DNA from: Torpedo marmorata
Taxonomy: Eukaryota
NCBI GenBank assembly: GCA_977017645.1
Contig: OZ360232.1
Coordinates: 31,496,001 to 31,560,000 of the forward strand
Direction of reading: 5' to 3'
DNA length: 64,000 nt
Part shown: positions 12,378 through 23,500 of the stretch, piece by piece
Numbering within the stretch: the stretch's first letter is position 1
How the letters are laid out: each line of letters opens with the position of its first letter
Program-made: the position numbers and the translations under genes
The notes under the pieces: model-generated
What the model was told of the DNA's origin: nothing
The model's input: only the letters and a program-made list of their open reading frames with translations
Databases searched by the model: none

Positions 12378-12800
12378 GGAGAATCCGGGTCAGTCCGGCC
12401 GGGACTGGCGGGCAGCGTCAGAATAGAGAATCCGGGTCAGTCCGGCCGGGAATCTGTTGCAGCATCAGAATGGAGAATCCGGGTCAATCCGGCCAGGAAT
12501 CCCGGGCAGCGTCAGAACGGAGAATCCGGGTCAGTCCGGCCGGGAATCCCAGGCAGCGTCAGAACGGAGAATCCGGGTCAGTCCGGCCAGGAACCCCGGG
12601 CAGCGTCAGAACAGAGAATCCGGGTCAGTCCGGCCGGGAATCCCGGGCAGCGTCAGAACGGAGAATCCGGGTCAGTCCGGCCGGGAATCCCGGGCAGCGT
12701 CAGAACGGAGAATCCGGGTCAGTCCGGCCAGGAACCCCGGGCAGCGTCAGAACAGAGAATCCGGGTCAGTCCGGCCGGGAATCCCGGGCAGCGTCAGAGA
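12378..12800. repeat. CpG-rich minisatellite, 47-bp unit, about 9 copies
   Basis: Unit gagaatccgggtcagtccggccgggaatcccgggcagcgtcagaacg. Confidence 0.95.
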
Positions 12801-13711
12801 GAACCTATTGACCTCGTCCTCCCCAGGAATTACAGACACATTTGGGGAAGTTCAAGGAGGAAACAGTTACTTTTTCGAGTTACTTTGCTGTGGTTTAAAA
12901 CTTTTAATCATTGTGTTTTAGTTACTTCTACTGTTTTTAATGTTTTATAAATGTTATTTACTTGATTGTTTCATATTTTTCAAAACTCTGACTGCCAATA
13001 AGAATGCTAAACGTGTAAAGCCCTGCTGCAAGCAAAGTTAGCGTCCCTGTCCACTCACTGTCCACTGATATCGGCACACGTGCACGGACAGGATTCCAGG
13101 CTGGAAGGGGGCGTGCAGGCCAGCACATCCGAACTGCAGGAGATTGTGGGAATTACAGACCCACAGAGTCCGGGGGTCTCACCTCATCAGCATGACTGAC
13201 GTTGCAGTGCCTCAGACTCCCGCAGCACGAGGCAACGTTTGAACGGTGCAGCTCCAGAGAATTAACATCCACAGCTGCTTTCACAAATCCTGCCCGATAT
13301 CAGAGAATCGAGGCTCTGGTGAAAGTGAGGAACTAACCTCTAATTAAAATAGATGATGAGAAGTTAATGAGCTTGAAAGCTGATAAATGCTGAGAAGCTG
13401 ATGATCCACATCCCAGATTTGACAGCAGAGACTTCGGAGAGGGTGAGAGTTCTGCTCATAGAACCATAGAACATTACAGCACCGAAACAAGCCACTTCGG
13501 CCCTTTTAGTCTGTGCCGACCCTGCTTCCATGGGTCCTGCCACTGCTCCCGAGTAGAGGACAACAAATGTAGCTCCAACCTTCAGGAAAGGAGGGAGGGA
13601 GAAAATAGGGAAGTCTGATGTCAGTGGGAGGGAAAATGCTTGGATTCAAAATTAAATATGCAAAAACAGAACACCTTGAAAAGCACAATAAGAATGAGCT
13701 GAGTCAATATT

Positions 13712-14055
13712 GGTCTGGGGACTGGACCGCTGACTGGGGTCTGGGGACTGGACCGCTGACCAGGGTCTGGGGTTGGACCACTGACCAGGGACGGGACCAC
13801 TGACCTGGGTCTGGGGTCTGGACCACTGACTGGGGTCTGGACTGCTGACCAGCATCAGGACGACTGACCAGGAACAGGACCACTGACCGGGAACGGGACC
13901 ACTGACCGGGAATGGGACCACTAACCAGGGACGGGACCACTGACCGGGAACAGGACCACTGACCGGGAACAGGACCACTGACCAGGGACAGGACCACTGA
14001 CCGGGGACGGGACCACTGACCGGGAACGGGACCGCTAACCGGGAACGGGCCGCTG
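13712..14055. repeat. Minisatellite, about 19-26-bp unit (GGACCACTGACCGGGAACG)
   Basis: Direct observation. Confidence 0.9.
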
Positions 14056-14689
14056 GGGTCCCTCCTGCCTCCTGCTCGTCACTGCTGTTCTTTCTGCTCT
14101 CACGTTCCCTATTTCTCATCACACCCGTGCCATCCACGGTGTATAACGTGCGGTGCTTTCTCCGCACTGACCATCGCAGGAATGGTGAGGACGACCGTCC
14201 CACAGCCAACGCTTCAGGCTCCCAGTCCCACCGATTCACTCGAACCTTCCCACAGCAAACAGCCTCATCAGTCAGTCTTTGATCCGCAGCCCAACATTCC
14301 GTGCGCTTGACAAGATCTGAAGAAGCCGCCTTATCCTCTTGCGCAAAGATGCACACAACACAGGAAGTCGGTCTTGTTTGTGCATCTCATTTAGCCCAAC
14401 ATTCCAGGAGCTGGCCACAGAGAAAGCAGTGTGCGGAAACTAGTGCCATACCACTGCCTGTCCCTCCCTCTCCCAATGTCAACCTGACTGAATTTCCAAT
14501 CATTCATGCTGAATCTTTGCAATGTGATGAAACTGCGCACGGTGATCACAAATCTCATCAGGATGCCAGCGATTCTCATCGGAGATAAAAGGTCTGGCAT
14601 GCAAAGGCCCAGGAAAAGAGCCCAGGACACGGCATAGCCTTGCCCGGAGACTGCAGCAGATCCGTCTGTGCCAATGCAGAGCCCTCTTA

Positions 14690-15440
14690 TGGAGTGAGAT
14701 AGCTGTACAGAGCAGAACAGGCCCTTCACCCCACTGCGTCTGTGCTGACCACCGTGGCCATCTCTAACCCTAACCCACGTCCTGCAGTAATTCCACTCCC
14801 TCCATGCCCTGCTCATTCAAGGACCTGTCCAGATGCCTCTGAAATGTCATTCCCATTCCTGGCTCCACCACTGCCTCTGGAGGCTCATTCCAGACACCAA
14901 CTGCTGTATGTGTGAAACATTTACCCCTCAGATCCACTTTCAACCTCCTCCCCCTCATCTTAACCTGTTCCTTCTAGTGTTAGACCCCCTACAATAGGAA
15001 ACAGACTGACTATCGACCTCATCTGTGCCTCTCATAATTTTCTATAACTCGATCACATCACCTCCCAGCCTCCTCCTCTCCAGAGAAACCAGACGAAGCT
15101 TATCCATTCTCTCCCAATATCTCAAGTCCTCCAAACCAGGCAGCATCCCAGAAGTAGAGCAGTGCCAGAATGGGTCCTCAGACCACCATGCCTGCACTGA
15201 CCAATCCGTATGGATTTTTGATGCACCCTCTCTTGGTTAGTGATATCCGTACTACCTGTGCAGCGTGGTGATCAGAACTACACATAATGTTTTGTACAAC
15301 TGTAACATGGTGTTCACGCTCCTGTGCTCAATGTCTTTATCAAAGTAGACAAGTATTCCATACACCTTCTTCACCGCCCTGTCTCCTTGTGTCACCATCG
15401 TCAGGGAACCAGGTACCTGTACCCCGAGGTCTCTCTGTTC
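14690..15440 (-). mobile_element. Degenerate CR1 fragments
   Basis: Reverse ORFs KVDLRGKCFTHTAVGVWNE and VVEQRDLGVQV...MLQLYKTL. Confidence 0.8.
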
Positions 15441-16920
15441 TACAACACACACCACCGTTAACATTGTCGTCCCTGTACCACGAGGTCTCACTCTTCTACA
15501 ATCACTCCCCACCGTTCACAGTGTCGGTTCCCGTATCCTGAGGTCTCTCTGTTCTACAATACTCCACACCGTTCACATTGTCGGTCCCTGTACCATGAGG
15601 TCTCGGTTCTCCAACACTTCCCACCGTTCACAGCGTCGGTTCCCGTACCCTGAGGTCTCTCTGTTCTACAACACTCCCCACCGTTCACCATGTCGGTCCT
15701 CGTACCCCGAGGTCTCTCTTTTCTACAACAATCCCCACTATTCACCGTGTCGGTCCCCGTACCCTGAGGTCCCTCTGTTCTACAACACACCCCACCATTC
15801 ACCGTGTCGGTCCCTGTTCCCTGAGGTCCCTCTGTTCTACAACACTCCCCACTGTTCACCGTGTCGGTTCCCAGACCCTGAGGTCTCTCTGTTCTACAAC
15901 ACTCCCCACCGTTCATTATGTGGGTCCCTGTACCCTGAGGTCTCTCTGTTCTACAACAATCCCCACTGTTCACTGTGTCGGTCCCCGTACCCCAAGGTCT
16001 CTCTGTTCTACAACAATCCCCACTGTTCACCGTGTCGGTCCCCGTACCCCGAGGTCTCTCTGTTCTACAACAATCCCCACTGTCCACCGTGTCGGTCCCC
16101 ATACCCCGAGGTCTCTCTGTTCTACAACAATCCCCACTGTTCACCGTGTTGGTCCCCATACCCTGAGGTCTCTCTGTTCTACAACACTCCCCACCGTTCA
16201 CTATGTGGGTCCCCGTACCCCGAGGTCCCTCTGTTCTACAACACTCCCCACTGTTCACCGTGTCGGTTCCCAGACCCTGAGGTCTCTCTGTTCTACAACA
16301 CTCCCCACCGTTCACTATGTGGGTCCCTGTACCCTGAGGTCTCTCTGTTCTACAACAATCCCCACTGTTCACTGTGTCGGTCCCCGTACCCCAAGGTCTC
16401 TCTGTTCTACAACAATCCCCACTGTTCACCGTGTCGGTCCCCGTACCCCGAGGTCTCTCTGTTCTACAACAATCCCCACTGTCCACCGTGTCGGTCCCCA
16501 TACCCCGAGGTCTCTCTGTTCTACAACAATCCCCACTGTTCACCGTGTTGGTCCCCATACCCTGAGGTCTCTCTGTTCTACAACACTCCCCACCGTTCAC
16601 TATGTGGGTCCCCGTACCCCGAGGTCCCTCTGTTCTACAACACACCCCACCATTCACCGTGTCGGTCCCCGTACCCCGAGATCCCTCTGTTCTACAACAC
16701 TCCCCACCGTTCACTGTGTCAGTACCCGTACCCCAAGGTCCCTCTGTTTTACAACACACCCCACCATTCACCGTGTCGGTCCCCGTACCCCGAGGTCCCT
16801 CTGTTCTACAACACTCCCTACCGTTCACCGTGTCGGTCCCGAGACCCTGAGGTCTCTCTGTTCTACAACACTCCCCACCGTTCACTATGTGGGTCCCCGT
16901 ACCCCGAGGTCGCTCTGTTC
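15405..16920. repeat. 57-bp minisatellite derived from CR1 ORF2, with a 399-bp (7-mer) higher-order duplication
   Basis: Unit cactgttcaccgtgtcggtccccgtaccccgaggtctctctgttctacaacaatccc. It is continuous with the CR1 VVEQRDLGVQV segment, and identical ORFs at 15975 and 16374 are offset by 399 bp. Confidence 0.92.
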
Positions 16921-17887
16921 TCAGGGAGGGGAGGTGGGGGTTTGATTGGTCTCTGTTCTGAGGGGGATGGTGTTCGTTTGGTTTCTGTTCTGGGGGGTTC
17001 GATCAGTTCCCCAGTGTCGGACGCAGTCTGGGCTCTCTGCAGTGATGCTCTGACAGACCTGCTGTAGGATTGAGCTGAAAGGTACATATCTCATACATGA
17101 GAGAGAATGAGCAATGATCTGCAGGCTTCCGGAACATTCAGAACTGCTTGCTTTGTGGTGCTTGAGAATTCTCTTTCATGTGAGAGTGGAGACTGCCTCG
17201 CTCTGCATTCTTCCCACAGATGCACCCCTGCAAACCCTTCTATCTGCACCCACTGCATCCGTCCTGTGGTTAATAATTCATAAAAGCCCCAGTTACTATC
17301 CAAGCTGGGATCCACCGCCTCCTCCTGCCTTTCTCCACCTTGCCTTGGCACAGCGGAAACTGTTAACTCAGTCCCTCCATCCTGTCCCAACATTCATCAG
17401 GATCACGGCTGGTCCTCAACCTCAGCACCACCCTCCTGCACCGCCCCCACATTCCCCGATATCTGAAGTCCAGAAACCTGTCGGTCCGTGTTGTGACCTG
17501 CATGTGTTGTCCCCTCTCGGTTTCCAGCAGTCCACTCCTTGTCCTGTGTGGGTGGGGGGGGGGGGGGGTACTGAGGGCCTCAGCCAGGGAAACCCCCTCC
17601 CTGCACCCAGTCTGTCACAAGAGCACATGAACACTGGGGCGAGGAGGCCCTCAGCCCCTCTAACCTGCCCTCCGTTTTATATAACTATGGATCATCACGG
17701 TTGTTCTTTTGAGCCAGTTCTCCATTCTTCAATATTCCAAATATTTATCCACCTCCTCTTAACTACTTCTGATGATTTGGCCTTAACCACTTCTGGCTCC
17801 CACTGTACACGGGAGCAGAGAATTCCAGACATTCGCCTCCCTCTGAGAGAAGACAGTAGTTTACACCTCTGCTTTCAATGAGCAGTT

Positions 17888-18070
17888 CCTTTTTTTTTCC
17901 TTTCACACAGGTAGCTTATTCAGTGATTACAAGAAATCACATTAGTACAGTTTTACATTATTGCAGTATTTCAGTTACACACTATTTACAGTTAAATTAT
18001 AACACGGTCTTCACCATCCAGAACGCACTCGAGCCCCGGTGGCGCCCACCGGTCCTGCCTTGTGGATACG
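17888..18070 (-). mobile_element. Probable Tx1/L1-type LINE extreme 3' end with poly(A)
   Basis: Reverse strand reads QDRWAPPGLECVLDGEDRVII*, then an AT-rich UTR and a T-run at about 17890-17898. It resembles Tx1 C-termini from recall. Confidence 0.5.
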
Positions 18071-18279
18071 TTTTCCTGTTTGTGACTTTCCCACCAGTGG
18101 AAACATCTCTCGTGTGTGCTTCAAAAAGCTCACCCCTCGTTCCTCGAATTCCAAAGAATACAGGCCCTCCAGATGGGACAAACCTCTCATCCCAGGAATT
18201 AGCTTGTGAAGCTCCTTTGAACACCTCCAGTCAGACTGATGTTCTTTCAGGGAAGGGTTTCAGGTGAGGCCTCACCAAT

Positions 18280-18863
18280 ACCATAGAACATTACAGCACA
18301 GAATTCAGGCCATTTGGCCCTTCTAGTCTGTGCCAAACTATTATTCTGCCTCATCCCATTAACCTGCACCCAGTCCATAGGCCTCCATACCTCTCCCACC
18401 CAAGTACCTGTCCAAATTGTTCTTAAATATCAAAATTGAGCCCTCATTCACCATCTCAGCTGGCAGCTCGTTCCACACTCCCACCACTCTCTGTGTGAAG
18501 AAGTTCCCCCTCATGTTTCCCCTAAGCTTTTCCCCTTTCACCCTTAACCCATGTCCTCTGGTTTGTATCTCACCTACCCTCAGTGGAAAAAGCCTATCTA
18601 CATTTACTCTGTCTATCCCCCTCATTATTTTAAATACCTCTATCAAATCTCCCCTCATTCTTCTACGCTCCAGGGAATAAAGTCCTAACCTGTTTAACCT
18701 TTCCCTGTAACTCAGTTCCTGAAGTCCGGGCAACATCCCAGTAAATCTTCTCTGCACTCTTTCTATCTTATTGATATCTTTCCTGTAGTTAGGTGACCAA
18801 AACTGCACACAATACTCCAAATTTGGCCTCACCAATGTCTTATACAACTTTACATAACATCCC
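18280..18863 (-). mobile_element. CR1 3' part (left half of a CR1 split by the BEL element)
   Basis: ORF 18359..18847 [24 protein letters not shown]... continues on the far side of the BEL element at 26351-26655. Confidence 0.93.
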
Positions 18864-19287
18864 TGTAAGAGCTGTAGGCTTGATTACTTACCTTGGTCGC
18901 GGCGCTGCGATGTTCTCGGCGGGGGGAAAAAGTATTGGAAAAAGATGGAGGCTTAGAGGAGGGTGAGTGAGATCGCCATATCTTTTATTGACCGTTTCAT
19001 GGAACATTTAGCCACGTTTCATTGAACATTTAAACTCGTTTCATTATGGTTTAAAGTCATTTAATTGAACATCTAAATACAGTCAAAGGAATCGTTTAAA
19101 GGAACACATTAAACATCGTTATCAAGAACTGTTTATATTTAAGTCATTGAAGATTGCTGCAAGTCACGTGTGTAAATAAAGTTTTTTTTTAACATATCGG
19201 ACTTTGTTAGTAAATTAATTGAAACGCGTCAAAAACAAGTATCTCACCTAGCCTCCAAGTGACTATTGTTGGATCGAAGTCACTATA
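18864..19287 (+). repeat. BEL 5' LTR (424 bp, lacks about 190 bp of GC-rich U3)
   Basis: Matches 25737-26350 except for an internal deletion of about 25795-25980 and about 7 substitutions. Confidence 0.93.
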
Positions 19288-19743
19288 TTATTAGTCAATA
19301 AAAGTGGTTGTTTGGAACAGAAAATTGAAGGAAAGAAGATAGAATAATCTCTCTGTGCTTTGGACTGATATTTAAAATAAAATGGCGGCCATCTTGGAGA
19401 TGCCTCGAGTTGGGGGCAGTTTGTAATCCACATCCATCTGCCATGAGTAACAGCCAGAGAGGGAATTAAAGCTTCAAATCTTATAGTAAAGTGTACTATA
19501 AATACGTTGGAGAAACCATTTTTTGGAAAATCAGCGATATTATTGACGGATGTGGTTGAAACTCGTTTGTGAATAGCAGCACATTACAGTCATCTGAAGT
19601 GATAGGCCTAAGTCTGTGGACTCCTTCTGTGTATCTTTGGCAAGTTAGAACACAGATTGGATTTGCTGCCGCTGGTCCATTGGGGACTGTTGATTTGGCT
19701 AGTGTTGTGTATGCTTGAAGGATAGTGGAACAATACGAGTAAA

Positions 19744-20550
19744 ATGGCCACAGCAGCCTCTGATGCAGCAGCCACTGATGTATCAGCAGCTGACGCAGCA
19801 ACCGCTGATGTTGCTGTTAATGACCAACGTATTGAAGACATGAAGGTTGCGGATATTAAAGAAGAATTGAAGCGACTGATAAAGGACATAAGTGGAAATA
19901 AAAAGGTTCTCATCGCAAGATTGAAGCTGGCAAAGGAAAAAGAGGCAGCTTCGTTAGATGAACAAGAAGATAACGTGGAAATAGCTGAAATTGTGTCACC
20001 AAATGAAGAGGATTAAGAAAATGAAGAGGATGAAGATGCAAAGGATATACAATTCGAATTGGAGAAAGAGGTAAGTAAGAAGACAACATATGACGTGCAA
20101 GATGAAATACAAGCATGTGACAGTGTCTCAAATGCTGAAAGCAGAAGAAGCAAACAAAGTTCTGGTTCGAGTTCCAGAGTTTCTCGAACTTCAAGTTCTG
20201 CATCGTCACGTACAAAGATTGAAGTTGACTTGGCCGCTCTTATTGCACAACAAAATTCTCTTAAGGATAAACATGTTTTCGAAGAACAGGAGGAGGAACT
20301 AAGAGAACAGGAGGAACAGCTAAGGCAGAGACAACAGGAGGAGCAGCTAAGGCAGAGCCAACAGCTAAGGCAGAGACAACAGGAGGAGCAGCTAAGGCAG
20401 AGCCAACAGCTAAGGAAGAGACAAGAGCAGCTAAGAAAGAGAAAAGAGCAGCAGGAGCTGGAAACAAATATTGCTATTGCCATGGCCAGAAAGAAAGTAC
20501 TAGAAGGCTCAATGGTATCCGGTGCTAGAAGTAAATTATCTAGTGTCTGA
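19744..20550 (+). pseudogene. N-terminal part of BEL Gag with SAP domain and coiled coil (one in-frame stop at 20014-20016, frameshift near 20522-20550)
   Basis: ORFs 19744..20016 and 20059..20550 are in the same frame. IEDMKVADIKEELKRLIKDISGNKKVLIARLKLA (19831-19932) fits the SAP consensus. An acidic tract, a Ser/Arg tract and QLRQRQQEE repeats follow. Confidence 0.8.
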
Positions 20551-23500
20551 TAATAAAAGGTCATATTTTAAAAAAGAGTCACAGGAAAAGAAACCAACCA
20601 AAAGGGTAGATATTTTAGAACCAAGGATACAAGACTTGCATATACAAGGACAAATCTTTCAACAGCATAGTGGTATCGAGTCACATGTACCAGTGGTAAC
20701 ATCTGAAGACAAAGCTGCGGCTTGGGTTCGGTCGAATGATGCAGCTTCCTTGTTATTTGAGTCAAGCATCAGAAATATGGAAGAAACTACACCAGTGAGG
20801 TTTCCAGATACATTACCTGCAACAAGAGACAGTGAACAGAGCAATGTATTGTCATCCAAGAAAAGACCAAATGAAATCGCTGCATTATTAATTCAGTTAC
20901 AGTCTCTCTCTTCTTTACCCAAGAAAGAGATACAAATTTTTGATGGAGATCCACTTCAGTATCAATCATTTATCAGATATTTCAAACGCAATATTGAAAA
21001 TAAATGCCAAGATCGTGATGAATGTCTTTATTATTTGGAAATGTTCACAAAGGGACATCCAAAAGAACTAGTAAAGAGTTGTCAACATATGTCCTCAGAA
21101 AGAGGATTAGATAGAGCTAAGGCTTTACTGGAACAACATTTTGGCAACAAGCATCGAATTGCTTTAGCTTATATGGATAAAGCTCTTCAATGGACATCAA
21201 TAAAACAAAATGATGTAAAGGCTCTACAAGAATATACTCTATTTTTAAGAGGATGTTGTAATGCCATGGAAGATATCGATAATATTCATGAGCTTGAAGT
21301 GCCTGGTAATATGCGAATCATCTTAGAAAAATTACCTTACAAGTTATGGGATAGGTGGAGAAATTTGGCTTGTGATTTACAAGGAAATTACGGTCGAAGA
21401 GCTACCTTAAAGAATTTGGTAAATTTTCTTGAACGACAGGTGTATATTGAAACAGATCCAATATATGGAAATACCAGAGACAATTCAATGGGCAAAGATG
21501 TAAGGAGGTCTAACTCACAGCCTAGTCCGAAATTGAAAAGGACTACTTTTGCTACTAATGTGTCAGTTATAAATAAAGAAAAGGACAAAGTAAATAAGGA
21601 AAAGGAAAGTTTGCCTGATGAAAAGAGTTGTTTGTTCTGTAAAGGTGGACATTCTTTGGAAATGTGTTTACGATTGGAAAAGAAGGAACATAATGAAAAG
21701 ATCGCTTTCTTAAAGGAAAATGGAATATATTTTAGCTGTTTGTATAAAGGGCACATCAGTAAAAACTGCAAGAAGCAAATTAATTGTAACATATGCAAGT
21801 TGAAACATCCTAGAATTTTGCATATCCATCACAGAAACAAGGAATTGGAAAAGGAGCAAACAGAAACAAAGGAAACAACAGAAAACAATGTTATAACCTC
21901 GGTTCAGACAAGTGGTCTTACCGGGGCCGGTGTGGATAACTGCAAACTTTCGATCGTGCCTGTACAAGTCAAGACCAAGAAAGGGGATGCAACAGTACAA
22001 ACATATGCATTTCTAGACCCAGGCAGCACTGCATCTTTTTGCACGGAAGGACTAATGAATAAACTTAATATACAAGGAAGAAGATCAAGAATTATGTTAA
22101 AAACCATGGGACAAGAAAAGGTCGTTGAAACCAGCATTGTTTCAGGCTTAGAGGTTGCTGGATTGGATGACAAAAAATTTTGTGATCTTCCAAGTTTATA
22201 TACTCAGAAGACTATGCCTGTGCATGAAAGAAATAATCCTCATCAAAAAGATATCCATCATTTAGCTTATCTGTGGAAGGATTATTTACCTGAAATTAAT
22301 TCTGAGATAGAAATGCTGATTGGTTTAGATGTGCCAAAGGTTTTGGAACCACTAGAAGTAATACAGAGTAGAAAAAATGGACCTTACGCTATTAGAACCA
22401 AGCTTGGTTGGACAATCAATGGACCATTGGAAAGAAATAATGATATTGCTCAGGAACAGTTAGCAATAAATATTAATAGAATTTCGGTTGTGAAAGTTGA
22501 TGAGTTAAGCGAAGAGCAAAAAACTATGAATAAGAAAATCACTTTTGAAGAAAAGAAAACAGATCAGTGTGAAAATAAATCAAAGGTATTTAAAACAACA
22601 TTGAAGGAATTATTTTCATCAGAAATGGCTGAAAGTGAAGTATTAGAAGATGTTGCAAATAATACTATTGATTATTCATGTGTAATTGAATCAGATACAG
22701 GAATAAAACAAGTGACTGAAAACAAATCTGAATGTAGATTTTGTAGTTCAGAGGTTACAACAGACAAAGCTAATGAAGAAATATTGCAATGTGATGTAAA
22801 ACTGGAGAACACAGAAAATTGTGCTGATGGAATAAAGAATAATGTGAATGATAATTTAATGCAATTGAATTCAGAGAACAAAATGTTGAAAGGGGAATTG
22901 GAAATATTAGATAATCATGAAAACAGTAAACAGAGAGATTTAATTGTAAGTAAAACTCGCAAAGTCAGAAAGCGGAAGAAAAGAATAACTGCTGAAGAAA
23001 TGAATACAGTTATTGAGAAAAGAGATTCAGCATTATCAAAATGTAAAAGGTTGGAGGAAGAGATTAGTATTTTGAAAGAGAATAAGTTATTGGTTAATAA
23101 CACAAAACAGTTGACTATAAAAAACAATCAAGTATGTAAATTGATACCATTATTTGTGAAAATAAAGAAAGATTTAGAAAACTGGAAAGACTTACCTATA
23201 ACTTTAATGGGAAGAGTAAATTGTATTAAAATGAATGTCTTTCCAAGAATTCAATATCTTTTTCAATCAATTACTTATGGAATTCCTCAAAAATTTTTTA
23301 AAGATTTAAATTCAATTATTAGAACATTTTTATGGAAAGGAAAGTTAGCAAGAGTAGGTATGGAAAAATTAACTTGGAATTATGAAATGGGTGGTCTACA
23401 ACTTCCTAATTTCCAAAATTATTACAAAGCAGCTCAATTAAAATTTGTTAATGAATTTTTTGATTCAACTAAATCTTCTGCTTGGATTAAAATAGAGTTA

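Noticed and set aside
15554-17067. Long Cys/Pro-rich repeat ORFs (443, 490, 341 aa)
   Set aside because: They are artefacts of the 57-bp CR1-derived satellite.
22480-23144. env-like gene in the BEL element
   Set aside because: There is no signal peptide or transmembrane segment. It is a hydrophilic coiled coil located in place of pol.
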